From assembly GCF_030684315.1 (NCBI RefSeq), contig NC_081366.1, positions 29,240,078 through 29,304,077 on the forward strand: a stretch of 64,000 bases of DNA. The letters are read 5' to 3'. The stretch is from Stegostoma tigrinum (taxonomy: Eukaryota). The stretch's first letter is position 1. Each line of letters starts with the position of its first letter. Both the position numbers and the translations under genes were made by a program. Shown here one piece after another: positions 22,942 through 36,151 of this stretch. Below the pieces are notes generated by a model. The model was given only the letters and a program-made list of their open reading frames with translations, did not search any database and was not told the origin of the DNA.

Positions 22942-25404
22942 CTTTTGTGCTCCTGAGATGCTGCTGGGCCTGCTGTGTTCATCCAGCTTCACACTTTGTT
23001 ATCTTGGGTCCTCCAGCATCTGCAGCTCCCATTATATCTGTGATCTACATGACTTGGTTCTCAGCTTTTGACATATCTGTACACTACAAGGATTGTTCTT
23101 ATAGCATTCAGTTACGAGTCAATACATCAAGGAGCAACTTACATTTAAAATATCCATTTTTTAAAAGTTTAGTAAAAATATGGCAAACTCCAATTAATGC
23201 TTAAAATCTGACAACCATCTTAATTTCAGCTGTAAATGTAGCAAGCTGAGGACATGACCGTCATTTTGCCACAGGCCAATCATATTCCCACGAAGCAAGC
23301 AAGGTTATATTTATTAGTTATATCAATCTAAAATACACCACAGCCTGAAAAAAAATCTCATAAAATACCTGTAAAATCTTCACTTACCCTTGTTTTGAAA
23401 GTTTGGTTTACATTCTATTCAAAATTGGCAGAAAATATTGTATGGTAATATTCTAAACATGGCTCCAATTTCAATATTTTTGCTATTTTTATATTTTACA
23501 CAATGATCATTCTACCAAGTACTATTCAAAATCATTCCATAATCAGAAGAGATTATTAATTTCATATAATCAAAGTAAATATTCTACAGGAAATAATGTT
23601 TGTGCTTAAATGATTTTATTCTACAATGTAAACTTTGTACTTTGCTGCTGCCTCTGTTTTCTCCAGCTCTGTACTGACAAGCTGTCTCCAATATTTCGTA
23701 AAAATAGATCTAGGTTTTAATTTGTTTAAGATACTTGTCACTTTGTAATCTGTATTTGCACTTCAGAACTGAAGCTGCTAAAAATAATTGAAACCAGTTG
23801 ATGCATGTAGCGAAAACATGAAATTGTGTCACTGGGAAGTGTTTGAAATACAGATGAATGCTAGAATGTTTAAAAGGTTTTTTTGTATTAATTGGTGGCA
23901 AGGCAATATCAGACTGAAATGCAACCCACACAAAAATGATTCTTTTTCTAAGTGGTACAAGGTTGATTGCTGTAAGTTTTATTTGGTTTTCTCCAGCACA
24001 TTTTTAAAGAGTGATAACTTGAGGGTATTTCAGGTTGCCACCTTTAACTCTCGCAATTTAAGTCTCAAGGTGGGCAATTAAACATAAATGCATATTAATA
24101 TCAAAGATGGCAGAGAGATAATTTCCTTCTAATACCAAAATCATAAACATATTTCCTGACATCATATTTTTTAACAAATATTGCACAAGGAAACCCTAAT
24201 TCCAAAGAGAGTTGATTTGAAGTTATCACAATCGTGTTTCACATTGAAGGAAATTGAAAAACGACATCGAGTTGAAACTCCAACTGTTTGTACATGTGCC
24301 CATTTTGGTTCTGTAGTATAGTGCTTCTGGACTTATGACTTCACTAATATTTATGAAGAAGTTCCAGTGCATTTCAAACTGAAGTTGCTTCTAATTACAC
24401 TGTTTTGCATTGTTTTATCTGAGAAAGAATAAGCTCAAACCATTCATCTCTCCTCCACCAAAGATGCAAACTTATTTTTAGCCCTTCCTTTTATTAATAG
24501 AAAAACTGTGCAGAACACAACAGGGACAGATGAGCTGCCTCAAGGCGAGAGTGCAACATTTCACCTGATCTATCACAACAAAGTGTTTTTTTGTATTCAG
24601 TAGGATTTCCAGACGTTGAAATAGCTTCTCTCGACCTATGAGATGCTGTTAACAGTCTTACTTTGTTGCCCAGAATGTATCCTGCCACCTACTCCACTTG
24701 ATCCAATATTTTTGGCCCAATAATTGTTACAAGGTGTAAACATCACAGCTGCTGTGTTTGCCCAAGTCATTTGAATTAACCTATTGTAGTCACCTCTTTT
24801 TTGTTTTACAATTCATATAGACCACGAAGATTACTAAAAATATCTTGATTATTAGAAGAGGAGCATTAGTTTTTCAAATCAAGCGGCCTAATAAAAAGCT
24901 GTATTCTTTCCACTTGTTTCCACCTTTCCATAAGGAAAGTAACAAACAGCTCACCCCTAAGCTTCAGCATATGATTTGATGCATCAATATATTCTAGCAG
25001 CAAGAATTCCAGGAGTTCACAGCCTGGTGAGCATTTGCACCTCTCCCATCATGTGATTCCACAGAAAGGGTGTAGTGGAGTCTTAATGGTAATTAATTTG
25101 ATGGAAGTTGGGAAGATTGCCTGGAAAATGTCACTATGAGCCACGGTGAGGTAGGTACAATGCATCTCACTCCAAACAATACTAAACCAAAATGGAAAAA
25201 TTCAGCCCTTAATTTCAAATGGGTAGTGACAACAAATGCTGATAGTTCACTGCCAAGCCCTCATAGAGTTCAGGACATTGATTTGGTATTCTGCCACTTA
25301 GTTTGTTTGTTCCTATTTTGAATAACTTTAAAGCCACAGATGAACTCAACCTGCGCTGATTGTTTTTAATTACATGCTGAACACAGCGTAGATTTGGAGT
25401 GCAG

Positions 25405-25820
25405 TAATAAAGAAAAATACCAGAAGTAATCAGTAAGTCTGCATCTGAGGATTGAAAACAAAAAGGGTTAAAATTTCAGAGCTGAGATTAAGTTAGAAAT
25501 ATGGTAGATTTTCAGCAAAGTGGAGAATATGCAAAGAAGAAAAGAAAGCACTGTCTGTGATCAGATAGATGATAGACGACGAGAAATTAACAGACAAAAT
25601 AATTCATGGTGGAGAATTATCTTTATTGGAGCAGGTGTGAGGAACTATGGTTGAGGTAGCTATGGGAGTCATTGGGCTAATGGAGAACATTGGTTCATAG
25701 TCTTTCCCCAGCACGAGTGACAGAGAAGTAAAGAAAAGAAAGAGAAGAGTCAGTGATAAACCATTAGCAAATGAGAGAAGGGTCAAAATTGAAAGCAAAA
25801 TCAGCTCATCTTTACATTTC
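25405..25820 (-). mobile_element. Old Penelope pLTR remnant
   Basis: aaaataccagaagtaatcagtaagtctgcatctgagg...gttaaaatttcag resembles the left arm of subfamily B, followed by a purine-rich tract. Confidence 0.4.
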
Positions 25821-26004
25821 TATGTTAAGAGTAAAAACTGGCATGTGACAGCAAATGTACTGGAAAACAAAATGAGGGAATGAAGGGGAGGAAGGTCCTG
25901 AATAGGTTTGGAATAGCTAGGCACAACTAGGATCCATACAATTCCATTGTTGTCTTGGTCAATTGGGGCTAAGTAGTGATGTTGAAGGAAAAGGTGTTCA
26001 ATGT

Positions 26005-26836
26005 GAGAGCACAACGGGACCTTGATCAGGTGGTCGATAGGCTGAGAAGAGGCAGATGGTCTTGAATTTAAATAATTAGAGGTGCTGCATTTTGGTAGGG
26101 GAAAATCAGGGCAGGGCTTATACACTTAATGTTAATGGGAATGTTGCCAACCAAAGACAGCTTAGAATACAGCTTCAGTGTTCCTTGAAAGTGGAGTTGC
26201 GGGTAGAAAGGGGTAGTGGAGAAGGCATTTGGTATGCTTGCCTTTATTGATCAGTGCTTTGAGTAAAGCAGTTGGGAGGTCATGCTGTAGCTATTCAGGA
26301 CAGTAGTTAGGCCAATTTTGGAATACTGCTTTCAATTCAGGTCTCTCTGTCATTGGAAATATTTTGTTCAACTTGAAAGGGTGCAGAAAAGATTTACAAG
26401 GATATTGCCAGGGTTGCAGAATTTGAGCCATAGGGAAAGGTTGAATAGGCTGGGATTATTTTCCCATGGAGCATCAGATGCAGAGAGGTGACTTTGTAGA
26501 AGTTTGTAATTTCATGAGGGGTATGGATAGGTCTCTTTCTCCAGGATGGGGGAGTCCAAAACTAGAGGGCATAGGTTTAAGGTGAGAGGGAAAAGACTAA
26601 TGAAGGATCTAAGCAGTAACTTTTACATTGAATGAACTGCCAGAGGAAGTGGTGAAGGCTGGCACAATTACAGCATTTAAAACGGCATCTGAATGGGTAT
26701 ATGAATAGAAAGGGATTAGAGGGATATGAGCCAAATGCTGGCAAATGGGACTAGATTAATTTAGGATATCTGGACAGCATGGTCAAGTTGGACCGAAGGA
26801 TCTGTTCCCATTCTGTACATCTCTATGACTTTATGA
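26005..26836 (+). mobile_element. 5'-truncated CR1 LINE
   Basis: RT 3' region (LVRPILEYCFQF...LERVQKRFTR) and terminal ggaccgaaggatctgttccc...ctctatgactttatga. Confidence 0.9.
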
Positions 26837-26861
26837 GAACATGTTCAGGCAGTCAGAGGAT

Positions 26862-27010
26862 GATGGGGTTGGGTGGAGCCTGGTGGGCCTGGGTGGGGGT
26901 GGGTGGAGCCTTATAAGGCCAGGTGAGAGTGGATGGAATCTGGTTGGGCTGGGTGGGGCCTGGTGAGACCAGGTGCCGGTGGATGGAGTCTGATGGAGCT
27001 GGGTGGAGTG
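26862..27010 (+). repeat. G-rich degenerate minisatellite (ggtggagcctggtgggc-like units)
   Basis: Recurrent ggtggagcct / gatggaatct / ggtggggcct / gatggagtct units. Confidence 0.65.
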
Positions 27011-27479
27011 TCATTGCAGTTTCAATGAAGCGATGATTGGAGAGTACACAAGCTGTCAGGGTGCTAATGTACCTCCACAGAGGACCTCAATGATGAAAAA
27101 GAAGTAATTAAGGTCAAGAAAATGCAATCTGTTCAAGCTGCATAATTAAGAAGGCCCTAAATGTGATAACTAACTGAAGTAAATTTCTTCATATTTCCCG
27201 AGATATTTGAAATAGTTAAAATTGAAAGCTTCATTGAAACTGACAAACGGCAAGATTTCGGCTATCTCTCACTTTCCTGCTGTTACTATTTGATGGAAAC
27301 AACTGACCCCAAGAGTTCTGCACAACAAGGTTTTAATCTATTAACAGTGAAGAAGGATGTCATTTTATTGTTTGCTTCTTAAGTAGTGTCTTATATTCGA
27401 GTTTAACTATTAATCCAAATTAGATTAACTCTGAAAGTAACTTTTGGTCATCCACTGACAACTTACTTCATAACATTCA

Positions 27480-28070
27480 ACAGCTGGGCAACTGAAACTT
27501 GCATGTATTGATGCTATCATTGCAGCAAAATGTCCCCATGCATTTCACAGGAGCACGATCAGACAAAATTTGAAACCCAGATAAATAAAAATTAAGGAGA
27601 TGTAACCAATAGCTTGGAGGTGGAGAAGATTTGAAAGCATTCTGGAGATAAGAAGCTGGGAAGCCACCAAGAGCAGCATAACAAAATTGAAATGGAGAAG
27701 AAACCAGAATTGGAATAACATTAAGATCACAATATTGGAAAAGAATATTACAAAGATAGAGTGGAGTGAAACTTTGAAGAGATTCAAAAACTAGGATGGG
27801 AAATTTTACAATTGAAGCACTGATGAATCAGGAATCAATGGGGATCAGTGAGCACACAGAAAATGAGTCTGAGTGAGGAAGAATGTAGACAGCAGAGTTT
27901 TGGGTGCATTCAAGGTACTAGAGTGCAGAAGCGAGGCATTCGGCAAGAGAGTATTTAAATAGTCAAGGCTAGAAATGATTAAAGATAAAGATTTCGGCAA
28001 CAGATAAATGAGACAGGGATGTAGATGGCCAGTGTTACAGGCAAACAAGGTGGTCGTAGTAATTGGGCAG
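27480..28070 (-). mobile_element. Degraded L2-like LINE
   Basis: Minus ORF 27845-28048 LIISSLDYLNTLL matches the L2 RT C-terminal motif (LVISRLDYCNALL). Confidence 0.6.
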
Positions 28071-28554
28071 CCATATGGTTATTTCTTCATCCGTATGGTT
28101 GGAAGTTTGTTTTCTATTTTGGCAGCACTGGCAAATTTGACCTCGAACTATTTCAGTTCTTATTGCGAAAGAAATTTCAAAGAGATTTCTGTGAAAACTT
28201 CTACGACAAAAACCTGACTCTAATTTAAATGAATTAAAAGCACATCTAAATATGTAATCTAAAGATTAGGAATACATAAATTCTTGGAAACTGAATTTAT
28301 TTAATACGGGTACAAGTATATGATTTTAATTTAGGAGCATTTGTGCTGTATTTCAACATTTTTTTTGGCTAAAGCTGACAGTTAATATCAAGATACATAA
28401 GAACACAATCATTAAAAAAAGTTCTTATTGCATAGAAAGGGATAAATTAATCCATAATATCTTAGATAAGTGTTCTAGAATTAATCCTACTATCCTGTTC
28501 TCTTCCCACAGCCTGACATCTCCCTCTGTTTCAACAGTTTATCCATATATATTA

Positions 28555-30010
28555 ACAAACAAAATAGGAACAGAAGTGGGCCATTTGGTCTCTTGAGCTT
28601 GATATGTCCTTCAAAATAATCTTGGCTAATCTGTTTTTGTTTTGAATTCCATATTCCCATTTGCCCCCCAATAACCTTTAATTCTCATGTCTAACAAGAA
28701 TCTATCTAAATTTGCCATCAAAATATTCAATGACCTGCCTCCATCAACCTCTGAGGTCGAGAGTTCCAAAGTGGCACAGCTTTGAGAATTTTTTTTTCCT
28801 TATCTCATTCTTGGAAAGGGGAACCCTAGTTTTAAAGTGGTATGTCCTAGATCTGGATTCACCCACAAGAAGAAACATCCTTTTCATGTCCACTTTGTCA
28901 AGAGCATCCAGGATATAATATACTTCAATCAAGCCATCTCTTACTCTTCTACACTCCAGTGGAAACAAGCCCAACCTGTCTAATCTAAAATAATAAGACA
29001 ACTCACTCATTCCATTTATCACCTTAGTAAACCATTTTTGAACAACCTCTGATGCATTTGCATGCTTCCCTTAAAAAAAGATCAAAATCATGCTCAGTAT
29101 TTGAGATGTGATCCCACCATTCCCTATATAACTTCTACACTTTTCTGTTCAATTCTTCTCATCATAAAGCATTCCATCCCACTTAACATCATGCTGTTAA
29201 CGTTTTACAACTATATAACACTCAGACTCCTCTCCATTGTAGATGTTCGTGCTTGTTCTCCATTTAATTAATACTCTACTTTTCCATTCTTCCTGTCATA
29301 GTGAACAACTTTGTATTTTCGCATAATATTCTTCATTTGCCAGATTTTTCGCCTACTTCCTCAACCTATCTATATCCATCTACAAGCTCCAAATGTTTTC
29401 TTCACAACATACCTTCCTATTTATTTTGTATCATTTGTAAATTTAGTATCATGCACTTATCCCTTAGCTGAGGTATAAAAAGTCAAGGGCCAGTCATAGA
29501 CCCAACAACCAGTGGTTACCATTGATCAGAACAGAATTGGACTCACCATATAAATACTGTGGCTACAAGAGCAGGTCAGAGGCTAGGAATCCTACAGTGA
29601 CTAACTTACAGTCTGACTTCCCAAAGTCTGTCTGCCATGCATAGGCATATATAGCTAACCAGTGATAATGAGTCCTCACTTTTAAAAAATTCTCAAAGCA
29701 GAAATATTTTTATTTTGAGTATTTTGTCATGGTCACTTAAATGTCTGCCACAGTCTCCCAATTGATACATTCTCTTGCCTAACATCCCAGTTCACTTCAA
29801 CTCATTTGCCAGCAACATTGTGCTCATTTGAGTATAAAATACCAGTCTTAAGCCCAATATCCTCTCTTTCAAACTGGATTCAAATTCAATCATTTAGTGA
29901 TTGCTGCTACCTAGAGGTGCCGTTACTCTGAGATCATTAGTTAATCCTGTCACATTACGTACTACTAAGTCTAAGATAACTTGCTCTCTGGTTGTTTCCA
30001 GAATATATAG
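28555..30010 (-). mobile_element. Internally deleted CR1 LINE with a nested L2-group fragment (about 29510-29650, +)
   Basis: LDRLGLFPLECRRVRDGLIEVY (ORF 28744-29022). EN C-terminus ILDLVVRNVTGLTNDLRVTAPLGSSNH at about 29890-30000. Confidence 0.85.
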
Positions 30011-30277
30011 CCTCCTATTCTCTTAAATAATGCAGTGATCTCTGAATCAGTTATACTTTATAGCAAAGTATCTGTGGTGCAATTATTCTTTGCAATGATA
30101 AATTTCTTGATATACGTCTCTTCACTCACTTTGTGGTCATGTTAAATTGTGGATCTGCTACCATAAACTCCACAAACTGTGGAAATAGTGTTTTTCCACT
30201 CACTTAAGTAAATTTTTAAATCTGCTGACATTTTATGCTCCAAATGTAAATAGTCCAAATATCAAAGTTTCTCCTTA

Positions 30278-30910
30278 TAGATAAGAAGATATGATTATGA
30301 GCAGAAATAGGCCATTCAGCCCTTCACACCAGCTCCACCATTCAATAAGATCATGGCTGATCTGATTACTCTGCATCCCATCAATTTTCAATAACATTTC
30401 ACCGTATTGCTTGCCAAGTCTCTATCTACTCAGCCTTAAACATCTTCAAAGACTCTGCTTCTTTTGAGAAAGAGAGTTTTTAAAAACTCACATTCCAGTT
30501 GAGTTTAAAACATTTTTCTCATTGCTGTCTTAAGTTGATGATATTTTTATTTTTAACAATGATTCCTCTTTCCACCTTCTCCTACAGGAATAAACATCAT
30601 TTCCACTTCTACCTTATCAACATTTCTCAGGATCAATATCAATCAAGTCATCTTATATTTTTATAAATTCCAGCAGATACAGGTCTAATCTGTAAAAGCT
30701 GTAATAGCACACCGTTCCAGGGATTAGTTTGGCAAACCTTTTTCTGAGCTGATTGTAATGCATTTACTTCTGCCTTAAATAAGGAGACTGGTACTGTACA
30801 CAATGCTCCAGATTTGGTTTCACTCTTGTCATGAATAATTCAAGCATAACCACCCCCCTGTAATACTCAATTCCCTCCATTAAAATAATAACATTCTATT
30901 GGCTTTCCAT
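30278..30910 (-). mobile_element. CR1 LINE 3' fragment
   Basis: Similar to 28560-29140 (aggccattcagccc...aataagatcatggctgatctg). Confidence 0.8.
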
Positions 30911-33900
30911 TTAAGTTTAATTTCTTATCCCTGGTATATCAGTGTTATGCCCATACATATAGACTTGATGTTCTTACAGCAACAGGACACCAGAATTCAA
31001 CAGCACTCTAAATGTAAGCTAATACTATAAATAAGTTTTTTCATTATTTACATTTCTACAGGCAAATGGAGTTAAGATATTATTTAGCAATTATTAAATT
31101 GAATAGTAAAATAGACTCGAAAAAAATGAATGTCCTTCTACTATTCCTAATTCCCCTCAAAGCCTCTCACAGCTCTCCTCACAGGTTGCCAAAACTTATC
31201 ACTAATGAATATCTAAAGAAATCACTGAAAACAATGATCAAATCAAGCAGCATCTGTGGAAGAACAGAAAATCAACATTTCTTCTTCAGATGAGGAGCGC
31301 AAGCATGGAAATAGAGCAAGTAAAAGATAGAGTAGATAAACAAATGCAAAGAGAAAATACAAGCATGATGATTGTGGGTGATATATTATTATGCAACAAA
31401 AAAAGCATCTGAGAAATTAAAGGTATTTAAGCAACAAAGGGCGATTTTCAAGGCTAGGCAAGGTCAAAGGTAAAGCCATGAAGTTTGTAGGTCTTGAAAA
31501 TAGAAAAGATTGTGGGAAGCCGGGTGGCTGGGTGGGGTTTGGGGTAGGTAGATCAGATGCAAAACTCATAGAAGGAATGGTGACAAAGTACAATGTTTTC
31601 TCAAGCTCTGGAGTAATAAAGGACTAATCTCAGGAGGAAGAATCATCTGACATGATTTCTCCATTTCCCCTGTCATTGATACTTTTGCCCTCTGACTAAC
31701 ATTGAAGTTTGTATTGGGTTAGAGGTAATCTTGTGATGTGAACATGTAGCTTCTGTGAATCGGATTGAAACATCCCCAAACTCATTCATATTTGTGGAGC
31801 ATAAGTTCTGTTTTGCGTGCAATTACCAATTTTGGCACAAACACAGCTCAAAACTTCACAAGTGAAGTAATGGTAGAAGTTTCAGATCAGATTTATTTGC
31901 ATAATCACAAATCTTCAATGATGCAGGATTGGGCAGTGGTATAATTCGCATTTGGGTATCTTCTGTCTTGCATTAAAAATATCCCTTGATAAATGTTAAA
32001 TTGTGGTAGTCCGATACATTTTATTAAAAAAAATGTTTAAATGCTTGAAAAGGAGGCCGTTGGAATCCTGGCAGTTAAATAAAAGCCACTTGGTTTAAAG
32101 AGCCTCCTCAAATGCAAACAAACCAGTATGATTAGGAGAAATTTGTCATGGTGATTAATTCATTCTTATGATGTTCGGTTTTTTGACTGGCCGGTTCCAG
32201 ATACATTCAGTATAATGTCAGAGAAACTCTACTCAAAGATATTTAAAGCCACCAGAGTAGAAAGAGAGGTGTCAGAGATTAAAGAATTAGCTTCACCTAC
32301 CGTTATGCAGTCTCATTATTCAAATTAAAAAGAATGCAGAATCAATTGATCAGATTACAAATTTGAAATCTTCCTCTCTCCTATTCAGTGTTTACTACTA
32401 TGTTCCACATATATAGATTTCAGATATATGGAATACGTTAAAATTAATATGATATGTTATTGCAATATAGAATGTAAATCATGGAATAAGAAAGCACCGT
32501 TCACTTGTCAAGCCTAAGTCTTCTGCACGTCAGATGCAATTTGTTCAATCATAGAATTCATGCAATTCAGTTAATCGCTTCAGGGAGGCAACCAACTCAA
32601 ACTAATCCTCCAAATAAGGTGAATCTCTTCAAGATCTCTATTCATCAAAAGTAGTCAAGTGGTACTCTAAAGTATTAATTAAATTAGCATATATTTTGTA
32701 TATCCAGTCTGACTGAAGCATTTAAGTAAAAGGTCAAATAACAGCATTAAATGTCGGTTAATGATAAGTCAGAAGGATACTGCATTCCCATGGGAACTAA
32801 TCCCTTGTAAACTGAAACTATTACAGTATAGAAAAATCAAACATAGCATAAAACAAATTCCCTTACAGATCAGGCAGTTAAAATCCCCAATGTGTGCAAC
32901 CCTAAATTTTGATATTACGTGCTTGATTTATAATTATTTTTAAAATTTCTACTATAAATGCTGCAGGGCTGTTTCATTCTGCTTGAGACCACATCTGCGC
33001 TAACTGTTGCTCCCAGCATAGATGATATTTCACAAGGCACTCTATGTTGTCAAAATGACATTCCAAATTAAAAATCAGCCACTGTGACACCAAAAATACA
33101 ATACATTTATTGCAAAATAATTAGCCTCGAGGAACCAGAAAATCTGATATAAAACAAATATATTAAAAAGGCCCTTAAAACAAATCCTCTGAGAGCAGGC
33201 TTTGTCAACCTCTCCCCCACAACAATTGATGAATTTTCTGTATGCGTATATGATAGTAAAGTTACCGCTTTGGTCTATAAGAAATCATATACAATATTTA
33301 AAAGTGTCTAACATCATTTGTTAAACATATTTAAACATAGTTAAATTCAAGGAGTGGAATGTTGTATTAATTCCCATAATCTAAAAATTTACAGATCCAA
33401 AAAATGAAATCTTTAATAATTTACTGGCAGCAACAAATGAGATTATAAAACTTGAAAATAAAATATGGTGAAATGAATGCGAAGGAAAACATTATGTGAT
33501 ATTAAGTCGAACCCAAATAAATCAAACCTCACAATATAGCAAGATCACAGGGAATATCCCCACATATAATAAATGTGTAAATAAGGCAAATCATTTATTC
33601 AAAATATTATACATTTTGGAAATTATGCCCTGAAGAATAAATATATTTCAAGAGAGGTTTTGAAATAGTTACAAATGATGTTAAGAGACCTAAGTGTCTT
33701 AAGTTGGCAAATAGCTTGCATTGTATAGGTAGAACATTTTTCATAACTTCTGGATTTTCCAAACAACTTTTCAACCACTTAAGTTTGTAATTGCACTAAT
33801 TCTTAATGGAAAGAAACCTGATAGCTAATTTGCTCATCAGCTAAAAATAGCCAAGTCTAGAAACAGTAATGACGCAATATTATAAACAACAACAACACAG

Positions 33901-33959
33901 ATGAGTTCCAATGTTTTGTTTTTGCGATGTTAGTATTAAAAAGACTTTAAAATAAGCAT

Positions 33960-36000
33960 AGCTATAGGACAAATAAATGTCGATAACTGTAGATATTGTT
34001 ATCTTCGGCAATCACTTACGAACAAGTGTGATTGTCCACTTGGGAAAATTCGACTATTAGAAAATGGGCCTATATGTTTAGTCCATATTCTTTAATAGAA
34101 GCACAACAAATGGGTTTAGAACTAAAAATGTTGTGCCAAAAGTCATTCTCAGAAATTGAATCAGAAATAGTACCTGAGTGTTATTACTTGAAAACAAAAT
34201 ATTAATGAGGAAATGGAGACTACCTCAAATTCCAGCCAATGAGGAATGGACAGTGGTCCATCAAATAGTTCCATGTGAGTATCTTCATGAAACTTTATGA
34301 GTGGCTCATGATATTCGAAAGGCAGCTCACTTAGGTATTACAAAAACAAGGCTAAAATACTAAAACATCAGATTCATTCTCTTTAGCTTCATCCTTTTCA
34401 GTTAATATTTTTGAAAATTGTACCTTAGAACTGAATTTCCAATTCATGACCCTGCTTCATTGACTCCTATTATTTCCGTGCCGTTCAATGGGCCAGATCT
34501 AGATTCAAAACAAAATGTTTTTATTGGCCCAAATTATACTGAGATGTATTCAACTTTTCCAGGTATGCCATGTGTGTGAGGCCTTGGAGAAACACGAAAC
34601 TCTGAAATAAAATTTCATCTTTAATTCCAACACCATTTTTTGAAGAATGATTCAGCAAGATCCTACAAGGTTGTTCAGGATATCAATCTAAATTTAGAAC
34701 TGGGAGCCAGAAAAGTTTAATGATTATGAATGCTTCCACAAGATTTCGTGAAGCTATGTGTTTTGGAAATGTTACGACAAAAATGATAGTGGAAATGTTT
34801 ATTTTCTTTTAAGATATAGATTACCCAAAGAAATACAATCAGAACAAGGTTCAAACATTATGTTTCCGATATTCTAAGGAATAACGAATAGTTTTGTAAT
34901 AAAACAATTCCCATCTTTTGCTTATCATCCACAACCTGAAGGTTCTTTGGAAAAATTGCATCAAACTCTGAAGACCATTTTAAAACTCTACTACCAATTA
35001 TTGGGTTAAGGGAACTCCTTGGTTACGGTCTATCATGAGAGACACTCCTAATGAGTCCACAGGATTTAGTCCCTTTGAGATAATGTTCGGACATGAAGAT
35101 TAGAAACTATATTTCCAACAAATGTGTAAAATTTCAGAGAGAACCCACACAAAGCCAATCTGTTGGCAGAAAAAGATTTAAAAAGTGCTCACCAAAAATA
35201 TGTTTAAAAAATTAAAGGCTAAAATTCTGTTCCTGGAGACAAGGTACGAATGTTGTTATCCACCTCTGGGGACCCAATAAAAGCAAGGTCGAGTGGGTCT
35301 TATCAAATCATAAAGAAACTCAATTATCTGAATTACGTAAGATAACAAAGTGTGGAGCTGGATGAACACAGCAGGCCAAGCAGCATCTCAGGAGCACAAA
35401 AGCTGACGTTTTGGGCCTAGACCCTTCATCAGAATATATCTGAATTATGTGATGAGTTCAATAGACAGGAGAAAGAAATAGAAAGAATGTTATGTTGACA
35501 TGTTGAAAATAAGAAAGGGACAATATTCAGGAGAATAATGTATTTCGAGTAATGAACGAAATAAGGAGTCAAATGGAAACATCAGAGCAATTGGAGAATG
35601 AACCAGGAATTGGAAGTTCGCAAATTAATCAGATTGGAAAACATCGATGTTCTTAAAGTGTTACACTGCATTATGCCTTATCTTCCAGAAAACTATCAAA
35701 GGTGAATTATGAAGACTGCTACAGAATCACAAATCAATTTGTGAGAATAGGACAGGAAAAATGGTTTGGGCTGATCAAGATGTTAATGCAAGAAATGCTT
35801 TATCTATAAGATAGTATGCATACAGATTCAAACTAGAACCATTTCTTCAGCTGAGGAACAGATTAGGTTCATGATGGACAATGAACTGAGTCATAGTTGC
35901 TGGAACTCACTCATCACAACAGTGCCAAGGCAGGATAGGTCCCAAAGACTCTGTATCGATCATCTTGAGATCAATGTAGTAACAAAAGCAGATTCATATT
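33960..36000 (+). mobile_element. Gmr1-type Gypsy remnant (protease end, integrase, then RT start)
   Basis: ILMRKWRLPQIPANEEWTVVHQIV...AHDIRKAAHLGITKT, FYWPKL...CHVC, AYHPQPEGSLEKLHQTLK, RDTPNESTGFSPFEIMFG, then RT-like WNSLITTVPRQDRSQRLCIDHLEINVVTKADSY. Confidence 0.88.
35341..35433 (-). mobile_element. 93-bp single-arm Penelope pLTR fragment inserted in the Gmr1 remnant
   Basis: Subfamily A arm from tctgatga to ctttgttatc (minus). Imperfect duplication tatctgaattacgtaa (35325-35340) / tatctgaattatgtga (35437-35452). Confidence 0.9.
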
Positions 36001-36151
36001 TGTGTGTTAGTATATCTATTAAATTGTTTGACTTTTGTCTGTCTTTATTGTGAGTATGAGTTTGCGGTTTTGAAGGGCTACTTTAAGTTTTATTTTTCAA
36101 TTTTTATGTTGCTGTTCTTTCTCAAATGTCTGGAGGACATTTTTTTAGAGG

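Larger units (their letters stand above)
22134..23040. mobile_element. Penelope-like fold-back insertion (short inverted arm + GIY-YIG C-terminus + pLTR with tail)
   Basis: 22134-22352 is the reverse complement of about 22785-23003. LGDRFAEHLRSV...LQEQQLIFRLGTLQPNGINVDF. 13-bp direct repeat gtgatctacatga at 22123-22135 and 23040-23052. Confidence 0.95.
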
